Assembly (NCBI GenBank): GCA_964035545.1
Contig: OZ037765.1
Location: 7,574,698-7,638,697 of the forward strand
Direction: 5' to 3'
From: Bugula neritina
Taxonomy: Eukaryota > Animalia > Bryozoa
DNA length: 64,000 nt
Shown here: positions 1 through 12,600 of the stretch, in pieces
Layout: each line of letters opens with the position of its first letter
Position numbering within the stretch: position 1 is the stretch's first letter
Notes under the pieces: model-generated
What the model was told of the DNA's origin: nothing
Databases searched by the model: none
What the model saw: the letters and a program-made list of their open reading frames with translations, nothing else
Position numbers and translations under genes: made by a program

Positions 1-1876
1 TATAGTTAGAGCTTGTGATAGTAAAGTTGTAAAGCTGTGATAGCTTTATTATCCTGTGTACAGTCTGCAGGGTGGGCCTTTTAACTGTCCGACAATAAGC
101 AGGCAACTCCCAATTAATATGAAATAAAAGTATTCTAATTTTAGATTCTTGATTTGAAAAATCAGCTGTAATAAAAGTTAGCGTTTGTAAATCTGAGTTG
201 AAATTTTGCAGAGTTTTCTAAATAAGAAAAATATTAAATATAATAAATATAAAAACTCGTTAACTGTTGTCACTAGTATATAGCTGTAATGTGCACTTGG
301 TGATACCTGATAACCGATTTTAAAATTAAGAGCTTCTCAATTGACTTAGCATTGCATCATCAACACAATAATAAAAAACTAAATTGAGGCTCTTGGCATA
401 TATTTGTATACTAGCTGTTGACAATATAGTATTGAACAGTAGACACCTCAGGGAAATGAAATTAAGACTGAATTTGTAGCGACAAAGATTCCTCTGGGAG
501 TGTATATAGCATGATATACTTGTAAACTATTTCCATTCTCATACCTTTACTATTAACCATGACCAAGTTACATCATGTTTAATAATTATATGTTTCGGAA
601 ATCTTTTTCGTTGAAGATTTCTTGCTTCAAAGTGCTAATACTTTTACATCTAAAACATCAAAGTGTATCAAATGTTCATTTCAACTTTGTTTCGATAGAT
701 ATAATACAATACATACAGTATATAAGTATGGTTAAGATATTATATTTTCATTAAGTTCAGCAGAAATTCATGTCTTTCTCACAAGCGCATTATTCTCACG
801 CATCAACAGATCTTTGTTTAAACTCCCAGCTAATAAATAAATCATATTACAGTGAAATCATTGCCCTTTCTATATGCATATACACTTAAATGTGATACTT
901 CAATACTGAAATGTGAAAGTATACACTCTCTATGCGTTGTCACTACAATATTTAAATTTAGATAATGCTTATTCTCATTTGAAAACTGCTATATTATATA
1001 AGTATGTGCATAATTTATGATACTTAGAATAAAGTATTACACATAAAGACATGGGAATAATGGAAATAGCCTAACTTAGAAAAATTGTATCCTTTACCAG
1101 CCATCTTAGCTGCCAACACTGACAAAACATCTTTGAAGAAAGAAAATAATAAAAGCACTTTTACACAATGTAGCAGCTTGGATAACTTAGAGTGACTTTT
1201 CCTAATCAATAAAACTACCAATCTCAGTTTGCTTATTAAAAGTGGAATTTGTTCAATGAATTGTACAATCACATATACTGGATGGTGGTATAATATGGGG
1301 AAATTCCATTTTGCCACCTTTTTAAGAGGTGGACTCTCATTAGCCCTTTAATATTGTTATTATATTAATAAGATGTGATGTACACACTGATGGCGTTTAT
1401 TAGAGGAGCAGAATGAGAATTTCTTTTAGCTTTAATAGTTAATTGAAAATCGAAGGATCTGAAAATTTTGTAAACGAGAAATTAATGATACACAATTTTG
1501 TGTATATAATAATTACAGAATACATACACTAATCCATGTAAACAACGAATTAGCCCTGGGGTATAGAATGAACATTACATATAAATTATGATGCACACTG
1601 AAGCTGGTTTCACTCAAGCTAACCATCAGAGCTCATTGGAACTAATAAATTAGCAAGTTGGCGGTTACTATTTCCACTCCAGCTTTATATATTTTTCAAA
1701 TTCATTTTCTAACTTTATTGTAAACATTTGTGAATGATATTGCTGTACTTCTCTAACCTCATCGGCAATAAAATAATAGTATATGCGTATGTAGCTGATC
1801 AATGACTAAAAACATTGAACTTGCAGTTGTTTAGATATAGCAATATATTATTCTAAGATATATAGATTTATATATG

Positions 1877-1981
<105 letters not shown>

Positions 1982-3628
1982 GATATATTTATATATAGAT
2001 ATATATATAGATTTAAAGCATAATACCTGTTCAAATTATACTTATATTGTGGACATCAGAATACTCAATATAATGCAGAGTATAACAGAACTACAAGTTA
2101 CACAATATAAGAGTATATTTTTGATTAAATTATCATTTGCTCTCTTAACCTATGCTGCAAAACATTAGTGTACAATAATACATGTAATAATTGTAGTACA
2201 TTTTCGAAGGTAATACCTTAATAATATTATATCAGAAGTGCAATCATTTCCATCATGCTACAATTTTTGTAAATGAATCATCGCACTTAATTCTTTTAAG
2301 TGCAGCTGCTATTACATAAGAATAAAATTGTTGCAAATAAAAATTTTCTGATAATTACGATTAAATATTATAAAAACTTAAGCATACTGTGCTGCATATA
2401 GTGATATTGATTTAGCGTTTGACAAACTGTGAGTTTATTTATTGGTAACTGATGCAGAGTTGGCAGTTTGGTACTAATGCTGTCATAGTAGTAAATATAA
2501 TATAATCGGTTAAAGGTCAAAGGTGCCTGTTACTAGAAAGTCTATATGTAACACACAGGTTATGGATAAGTCAAGGCTCTAGAGAATTATACATCAAATA
2601 CCGAGTTGTAGTTGACAGTACACCACTGAGCATTGCTTAGAGTTGATGACTTTATATAGCTCAGGTGTGAATCAGATATTCTGCCCCATTTACTTCAAGT
2701 CAATAATGTTTCTGAAAGTATGCCAATAAGAGTGAAAGTTATCCAGCTAATACTTGACTGAACATCTGTAAAGAGTAACAACAATTAACACTGTATAGAT
2801 GAGATACAAATGGAGTAGTTGTAGAGCATAGCCTAAAAATAGATATCCATTTGGCTTGCAGTTCTATACAACTGCTTGTCATTTGTATCACGACAGAGTA
2901 AACCATAGCTTTTAAAGACTCAGTACTGGAGACATCGCTGTAGGCTTATACAACTTGACAACTAACTTAGTGATTTTAAGTAAAGTAAATAACTTAACAC
3001 AAAGAATAACTTATTTTGTTCCTAGCACCTTTTGAATCCTTTGAACATAGCTGTTTACATGACATAGCTATTATAGCATAACTATGATAAAAACAATTAG
3101 GAGAAATGTTAATTATTTAGTTATGTGATTGTAAGTTTCACCCATAACTGTTGATTGGCAAGTTATTGAAATAAAGTAACTTTTGAAAACACAAATCTAA
3201 TAAACAGTAAAGAGTAAAATTTCCCTTTATAACAACCTTATTGCATAACAAGAACATCTTATGTAATATATTGCTTTAATATGAAGTTAAATTAGTTGTG
3301 ATCATTCATTCATTTATTCATTAATACAACTGCATGTTGAAATGACATAGTATAACATGTTTCTACTCTCTAATGCTAAATTATGACATGATATTATGTC
3401 TAGAAGTATATCAATATATAAGAGCACACAACTCCTATTGTAATATAGACTTTCCAAACTTGGCCAGTCACCTTCTAAAGCTGTATAATATTACCACCAA
3501 ACACATTTGAATAATAAAAAATATAAAGAATTCTGGTTTACTAATACTAAAAAATATTCTTTTACATTCTGTGAAACAAATATAGGTCACCATGTAATTA
3601 TAAGTTATTTTATTTTATATGTTTTTAG

Positions 3629-3787
3629 GAGAAACAGTGGGAGGTAACTCTAATGGCTTTGACTGCTACTTTCCTTTCGTATATGAGGGTTTAAAGTACA
3701 CAACATGTATTGGCATTAACCACGATAACCTGTGGTGTTCGACAACTGAGAACTATGACCTACATAAGCGATGGGGAGAGTGTGTGG
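3629..3787 (+). CDS. Exon encoding one fibronectin type II (FN2) domain; part of a gene whose other exons were not identified
   Basis: tttttag|GA...GTGG|gtaagt, 159 nt, phase 1-1. Translation ETVGGNSNGFDCYFPFVYEGLKYTTCIGINHDNLWCSTTENYDLHKRWGECV has the FN2 signature GGNSxGxxCxFPFxYxG...C...WCSTTxNYDxxxxWGxC. A strong pyrimidine tract and AG at 4643-4644 would add only V-stop (stop 4647-4649), a possible terminal exon. Confidence 0.9.
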
Positions 3788-4428
3788 GTAAGTGTGTTAG
3801 TTATTATAATATATGTCACTGTAAGTATATGCTTGGTTATAATAATTATAAATATTTATATGGATTATAACCTAGAACTAAATATTTCAATATTGCAAAA
3901 ACATTGTTGGCTGGCTCCTATTGAGCATAGAGCTACAGTTTACAAAACCAAGTAAGATGTTAACGTACATACTTTGTGTTCCTACTATTATCACTATTAT
4001 ATATTGTATATCTCTATTTCGTTATCTGCATGTTTTGTAAAGTTAGTAATCTTGCTATGAGAACTGCAGCATAATACTACGAAATAAATAAGTCACGCTT
4101 GAATTAATGTGATCATATAATAGAATATATTTTTTAACTATAAGAAACCATTTATCTATTCATAACTCATCCAATAATATCAAGCCTTCACCATTGTATT
4201 CATGCCATAATTGTTGAGTTGTCTACACATGATATAGTAAATTAATTAGTATGCAACTGCATATAAGTGAAAAATAGGGCACTACATTTGATTATAAAAA
4301 AAGATAATTAGTAATTAATTGCTATTACTCTTACACAATGGTTCATGCAACGGAAGTAAAACTGCATGTATTTTATGCAATCTACTTTTGTGGTTGGGGA
4401 ACTGGGAGTTATCTCCAGGAAATACTCG

Positions 4429-4448
4429 GGGGGGGGGGGGGGGGGGGG
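4429..4448. repeat. poly-G tract (20 G)
   Basis: Run of 20 G read directly. Confidence 0.9.
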
Positions 4449-6299
4449 AAACCTACATGTATCATGCTGTGAGCTCTTAGTATGCTACGAAAGTTAGCCC
4501 TTGTCTTAACTTGAATTGCCTGCATATGAATAGCAATGAGCTATAACAAATTTTCTGCTAGCAATTTTCATGGGGCAGAATAAATATCTACTATTTTTAA
4601 TAAATCTTTATCTTTGCTTTCTTTCCCCTATTCTTTTCTCTTAGTGTGACTTTTAGGAGCTCACCGGCCGTCTGCTAAAGTATTATAGAATAGTGACTCA
4701 TATATCCTTTCTTTATACTATATTATTGTAAAATTTCATGATGAATTAAAGTATTAAGAAATAGCATTCACCTTTATTTGCCTGTTCACTCTCTCTTAAG
4801 AGCTTTTAGCTAAAGATCTTATTAGCTCACACTTATATCTTACGCTGTAGTATAAAGACTAGTATATACTTCGATATCAATTCAAATAAACATACTATAT
4901 AGTCTAACCTAATATAAATTATTAGTTTTCTAATCTACTGCCAAACTATAGTCAATTATCTAAACAATACTAAATTCACTAGGATAGCTTATTTGACTAA
5001 TGAAAATATTGCAGTTGAGAACTGATTTTGGATACATCCATTATTTACATAATCAGGCAAGAGCTTTAAAATTCAAATGATTACATACATGGAGTAATAT
5101 ATTCACAACAGAAATCTACAAAATGCAGCTTTTTTATTAGATAATGTGAAACAAAATTTTTAACCCTGTGCCAAAAAACATTCTTTCAAATTTGAATTCA
5201 AGTATTTCAAAGCCAAATAGGTTAATAATATAAATCAGCTTAAAGGTAAAAATACAAAAATTTGACCATAATTTTCTCATTTATCATTTTCAGACTAACA
5301 TGTCTGTATTATATGTACATGTATGTATAATTAATAACTGTAATGCACTCAGGAATGAAAGAATGTCTGCATATATGGGCAGCTTTCAAAGCAAAATAAC
5401 TGAATGATTGCCATCCATTTGTCAGGTTTCTATGTTTTTGCATAACATTAACATCAAACTCTTTACAAGTTGATTGTTGAATATTCACTTTTCTTGCATA
5501 TGCCTTGTATCTGGTAGATCATACATATTCAAGTAAGTAAAAAATAATTTATCTTGCTATAATGTGAAAATACTAGAATTATTTCCAAAAATGTAGTTCT
5601 TACTGCCCTTATGTGTGCATTAACCCTATGAACAGTAGGCCTATAGGCACAAGCAATGTTTACAAAATCGAAATTAGAGTATATATAATCTAAGTTTGGG
5701 GAATTGTAGTCAACAAACAGTGAACAGTTTGTGCAATAGCTTGCAGAAAATATTCTTATATTTATAAACTTTCAAACATTTTATATAATTCTATAATTTT
5801 ATATTATTCTAACAAAATTTTAAATAAGATAATGCACTGTATTTGCATCACTTAAAACAAGTTGACTTGCTCACTAACTTTATTTTGTTTGGGCAGCTGT
5901 AACTACATATTCGTGGTCATTTTATTTTTAGCATGTGCTTGTTGGAAAAGATAAATATAATAGCAGCTAACTACCTACTTATCCAGGTTATAAAAATATT
6001 GCTGATTATATATTATCTAATTAGTAAATGATTTAGATTAGGCCATTGCAATAAGTAGCCAGCATTTACTTCAACTCAGACTCTGCAATGGTGTTATTCT
6101 AGAATATAGTACTTTTAACCTTGAGAGAACACAACTACAGTTGTTTCACAATTTGAGTGAAAACAAATAGATTTCATACTCAGTTAAATTACTGCAAAAA
6201 ATAAGCAACAGGAATTTGTAGGAAAACTGCTACTCTGTAGGTTACACCACTCACTGAATACAATTCAGAGCAGTGAGACAAAGTAAATGTGGGTTTCTC

Positions 6300-6500
6300 A
6301 GTAGCAGATTGGCTGAATGACATAAATAATTAGCTAAGTAGCACGAGAGCCTGCTGTGATTCCAGCTTTATTCAGTGTTTTAAGAAATAGTTGATCACAT
6401 TAGTGGTTTCTGAGTTAACGAGATATCAATAACCACTTATTGAAAGTCTATTGAACGAGCTAATTTAGAGCAGTATGCTTTTCCCTGAATAGCCAATCAG
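6300..6500 (+). promoter_or_regulatory. Candidate promoter of the Dpr-like gene (CCAAT boxes)
   Basis: gATTGGctg at 6308 and agCCAATcag at 6493, 130-320 bp upstream of the ATG at 6629. Motif evidence only. Confidence 0.4.
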
Positions 6501-6628
6501 AAGATGAATTGGAATTTTCTTTATTACTGCATTCAACTATGAATGAAGCTGTATAGACGGCCATTTCAGCAGTTGCTTTTGTCTCCTCTTTTGTAAAACT
6601 TCTCAACTTCCTTTAGAGAAACTTTAAG

Positions 6629-9600
6629 ATGTTTAAAGGAGTCAAATTTGTTTTAGTGATTACACTTATTACTGTAGGAGAAACAGGTGAGTTGTTTTCA
6701 CATTTTTGATCAGATTTCATAATTAGAAATGAAGTTTATTTTAGCTAATAAAAGCTAAACACTTTAAATCTTTGTCACATGTTAAAGTACCTTGCAATTA
6801 TGTTTCAGTAATTCACATCCATGTTATAATAAGCTAATTTTATTAAATTTAGTAACAAAGGCATTATTTGTTAAAAGATTATTTCTTTAGTATTGAGTAA
6901 GACTTACAAACAGCTAACGAAATTGTCACAAGCAGGTGATTGTAACTTGCCTGGACTATAAATTCAACTAAGTGCAATGACAAACTATACTACTAATTTG
7001 TATTTTCTCAATTTTCTCAGATAGTAAAAAAGTAATTTAATAAAACTTCATCTAATAATCTCATGCTTGTGCAAATGTGTGGATTTATAATACAACGGCC
7101 GCTGTAAAAAAACAGTACTACGTTCAAACATGGATTATTAGATGTTTGACTGACAGATTAAAATAACAAGTCAACCAACAACCAGCACGAAAACTGCTTA
7201 AACTTGAGTCTCTAAATTTATACATTCTACACGTTGGGAGGTATTCATAGATTCACAGTAAATTTAAATACTTTTTTATAATGTTTAGTCCATTGGTGCG
7301 ACTAAATGTTACAAAAAAGACTGCAAGCCTAAAAAAACTTTAGAACTTCCACAATAAACAGTTTAAATACTAAGCAGTTGGATTGGATAAACTGAAAGTG
7401 ATAGGTTAATGGAAGTCCTACGAGCATAAATGTTGAACACAAATATTACAGCATACAGCATTCTATTGTAATAAATACTAATTTAACAAAATTAATAAAA
7501 TACTTTACGTTAAATAAAGACTATAGCTGTAGACAATTTATAGCAGTGATGAGTGAGAGTTATATATTTACGTAATTTATTGTATATTTAAACACATATA
7601 ATGTGTTATTTACATCAGACTGAGTAAGCAAGGGTAATTTGCTGCTAATTCAGCTAACTGATTAGGCCAACATTTCAAGTTATATACTATTTTTACTTCT
7701 AATCATTTATTTTAGCCGAAGATAGAGCTGCCTTGCCTAGCTTCAACGAATCCACCCCACAAAATGTTACCCTCTATCAAGGAGAAACGGCTAGACTTTT
7801 ATGCCATGTTTACAATTTACAAAACAAGAAGGTAGGAAAACAGCTAAAGAAACATAGCTGTTCATATCTATATCTATTAATACTTATGATATTATCTTAA
7901 TTGTCTGCATTATGAACTAAAGCTTCCAGCTAGGCTACGTTCTTCTACGTTTTGTATTGTATACCAGGTGCAGAGAAATTTGATAGATGCGCTTTATTTG
8001 TTGCTAGCAGCTATACAACATAGAGATAATATATATTGAACAAATGTGTCTGTGTTCTGCTAGCCATTTCTCTAGGTACTGGACTTCGTTCTGTCAATAT
8101 TAGTACAACGGCAATTACTATAGTAGACACTGACTAGTAACTGATTGACTATTTAACTATTTGACTGACTAGTTGATTGACTCACTAGTTAACTGGTTGA
8201 CCGACTGTTTGACTAGTTAACTGACTGGCTGAGTGACTGTTTGACTGACTAGTTAACTGGCAGGGTAGATGACTGACAGAGAAGTTGAAATGCTGATATG
8301 GTCATCGCTGACAAACTAATAATATAATTTTTCGTATACAAAAGTTATTCAGCCAGGACTGCTACTTTTCATATAGCATAGCCTGTATTACCTGCAGATT
8401 AATAAAATGAGTTAAATTTATATGATGTGCACTTTTTAAACTATATTTGCATAACATTTATGACTTTTCAAACTAGCATATTGCTACTTTCAGCTTTTAA
8501 ACTTTCAGACTTAATAAAGTATTTGCCAAATCTAGTATAAAATATGAATACCATATTCGACACATGCACACGCGGCTATTTTGTATACTGCACAGTCAAT
8601 AGCAGCAGACTTTAGTATAAATCAGTTCTTGTGCTTCATGGTGACACAAGGACAGTATAGCTTTTCATTTAATTTCTAATTCCATTAAACTAACATAAAT
8701 ATCTAAATTATAAAGTATTTGAACATCACATTATTGAACTAAATTATACCCTAGGGCCTAGATAAAATTAGTAACAGTTTAAATATGCTTTGCATATTGA
8801 ATTTTTTTATTAAAAACTATATATGCCAAAAATATGTAAATGATTGTTTAAAATCAAAATACTCAGAATGGTTACAGTCTTTGTGCTAAATTGGCACCAC
8901 CAGCTGCTGATATTAGTATTGTTTATATGGTGTTGCATTTTGCTTTTAAATAATCGTTGGTGTAGTTGCATGCATGTATCCATGTACATATAGCATTGTC
9001 AAATAAATTACCATTAAATATAATTGTAACGCTAATAATTCTTTTTACCAAATAAACTTTGATAGCAAAAAATTATGTTATTTTAATTCAAAAAACAAAA
9101 TAATCATTTTAAGTTGTAATGAAATGTGAGTTATTATGATAGAACCTGCTAAATGCGCTTTTCAAAGTCACAGAACCAAGTTGGGTTGCAAAGGGTAAAG
9201 CACTTTGAAGTTGACATAATATGTATTATAATATAAGGCATTCTGTAGATACATAATACAGTTCATATAGTCACTATCATCATAGAATGGAGTAATAAAT
9301 ATTTTCAATGAATGTTGAATCATTGCATTGTAGGCAACTGTTTTAATTTTATGGTCATTGATGCCTACTAGATATTTCTAGTTGGCTACATATATCCTGA
9401 CATCAGACCAATTAGTCAATCCTGACTATTGGAACAAAACTGCTGTGATGAATTTTAGCAACTGCCAGCTTGCCAACTGCCACCCTGTAACTTTATAAGA
9501 AAGGCAGCGGAGCCAATAACCTTCAGCATTTGACTGCCTTTTCTAAATCCTTTACGCTGCTTATAATACACATTGATTTAGACTGATCTAGGCAATTTAT

Positions 9601-12600
9601 TTGAAAGTATTATATTCATTGAAATAACATAATTATTAGTTATTGCATATATAAAACATATTACCTAATATATTGTGCATTAAACTCGCGGAAGATGCTT
9701 GATGCACAGAAGTAGGTGATTCAAGCTGCTATTATAAAATAAGTTCATATTAAACTTTTATTGAAAAGCTTTTAGCCAATTTATAAAGTCATTATATTTG
9801 TTTTGTGCTGTTGGCTGTTGTAGATCTACTTTCCTTTCTAAAACCTTTAATTTCTTCTCCTTCATTGTGGACTTTACCGTGTATTTGTTAGAGTTGAACT
9901 GTAACACTTGATGACAATCAACAATCAAGTCCTACTTCTCCTTGCATTGGTCCGAGATAGGCGCAGTAATGGAGAAATTGAGAAAAGCCTGTGTTCCAGA
10001 TTAAAAATGTAACATAAGAAGTTATGTTCTCTTGAGAATTTCAACCCACGCCCCAAACCAACAAGCAATAATAAAATTAAAGAACTTGGGCTATCTTAAA
10101 TTTTCTATTACTGCTCCTAAATGATTGGTCTAGCGTGCAGTCTGCAATCTGCAGTCTGGCAATAATAGAGATGTAAACATGTAATCAATATACTTTAGGT
10201 TACCTGGCAAAAGAAAGGACAGCACTACCCTTTGACGGTCTCCACTTTCAGTTTCCTCTCAGATAGGTCGATCAGAATAGAACACGATGAAGACTCAGAG
10301 TGGAATTTGATAATTGAAAAAGTACAGAGAAATGATACAGGCATCTACCAATGTAAAGTAGCGACAAAAACAGCCCTACTTGTCCGTGAAGTACATCTCA
10401 CAGTGAAGGGTGAGATATGTCTTATTCTGCTTGATCTCCAAACAGCTTTCCCTGCTCAGTGTATTTGTTGTGTGTCTCTAGAGGTTAAAGCCTCTGTTTG
10501 TTCCTTAGCATTGTGCAAAACACCATCAGCATGTACACACGGCCTACCAAAATACTGTTGTTCTGTCAAAATATTTGATTTAAAGACAAAAGCAATTCTT
10601 TGCAATATTAGTAATAGACATAATGAGGCAGCCATTGTATTCAACACTGCTTCTTGTACTTGCTTTACAGATAGTTCTATTTCATTACATTGCAAAATAT
10701 AGGAATTAAAATTACTTAAATAAAAATCTCAGTTGACCAACAGAAATGCCTATAATATAGTTTGAATAATATATATAGCTTTTTATATTTGCACTCGTCT
10801 TAGTATATTACAGTGGTTTCTATACGTACAAATTATTATAATCACTATATATCATCTTAACCCTCTTACTTTACATCACTGTTCAACATACTCATGTCTA
10901 AAGATAGTCATTTGTAAAAAAAGAAATGGACACAAAAGAATGACATACAGCAACTACCTGCCTGAATATGTCAGTATGTGGATAATGAATCATGACAGGC
11001 TGGCATATGTTACAGAATAGTTTTCTTATTAGTCATTCACTTTAATAAAACATGTACACCTAAAATATACGACCTAGGTAAAATGTGGATGCGAATTATG
11101 AATACAATGATAAGAACTATTAAAAAGTCTGTGTTTTTATATTGATGAAAAATAAAAGGTAAAACTATAAGGACATTATATAACAATATGTCTAACAGAC
11201 TTTGTAACATTCAACGCTCACAGATGTATAATATATATATATCAATTGTTACAAGTGATGTGTAATATTATTTCTTATTTTCATAATAAGCTGTCTAGCG
11301 CTAAAAGCAGCACTAAATCAATCTCTATTTCCTTTCACATCTTACTATTTGCAATGCAGCGTCATTGGTAAATAAGATGTGTAGACAGAAAAGCTGATTA
11401 GATTGGTATAGATTTTATAATGAAAATATTAGTTACATAATAACGTAACACAGCAGTGATTCTATAAAAATACATGCTCACTCATATCAGAATAATATAC
11501 CAGTATAGATGCCCTCTAGCTGCTGTCATCTGTCTATAGATCTATAAGAGAAAAACATATTGTAATCTTGTTATATCAAATGACATAGTTAGAGAAAATC
11601 TATTAATAATATTGTTTGCAATAAAGCTTTAACTTAGTAAGTAGTAATAGTTGCAATGTTGAGGTACTACCCAAATTAGATAGTTTGGTTCAATTGAAAC
11701 TTCTTTAGCCTGCTTGTAGCACTCTCTAATTCAGCTCCAATGATATTATTGTAGAAAGCACCGATAAATTGAAATGCAACAAGTTCATGATTGCTTTCAT
11801 GTAACCTGTTGTCATGTAGCATATGTAGTCAAAAAAGTGAGGACAACTCCTCAAATAATTTGACCCTCTTCAATTTTGTTACGATTTTGTTAATCTGTTT
11901 CTAGATAAGGTCCCTGTCGATATCCCAGGTAAGATCTTAAGTTGCTAAATGCCTTTGTTGTCATCTTCTAACCCTCACATCTGCTAAGAACCTGTCATAA
12001 TACTAGAAGTAGTTATTTGTTTGCTTTTAGTTTTTTGAACCTTAAACTTTAGTGCTGGCTGCCATTTGAGTTATGTTTTATATAATAACTTTTAAAAAAA
12101 TTTATGTTGTGCTTTTTTACTTTAAGATTGCCTGGTAGCAACTTAATGCTTAGAAATTACAGTAGATGTGCCACTTTATAGACACACTAACAAGTAATCT
12201 GGTGCACTGGGCGGTAGAATAAAGTGTATGAAAACATATTATTGACATGTTTAGTCATGTGAAAGAAAGTTTTGTAATGTTAGCCGAAAGAATAGGTGTT
12301 AATTGCTAACATCTATATAAAGCTGGGAAGTCATTACTGATTGTAATACTATTCATCGCTAATTACCCTGATTGCTCATGCAAATAAATACTATAAAAAA
12401 TTCATGTTTACAATAAAAAATCAATAGGAATTGTCTTAACAGACATTTTAGGTTAACATTCGAGAATATGAATAGGATGTGTTGTACATATCAAATAAAT
12501 TATCAGCAGTAAAGTGGCCTTTGAGGGCAGAATGCAAGTTCTTTGTTATTCCGTTTGATGTCCGTCAGACTAATTCATTGTTATACTGCCATTACTGTGA

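Noticed and set aside
1313-1333. ccacct...aggtgg hairpin resembling a histone stem-loop or Helitron end
   Set aside because: Sequence and loop length do not fit the histone consensus, there is no histone ORF, and no downstream CTAG terminus.
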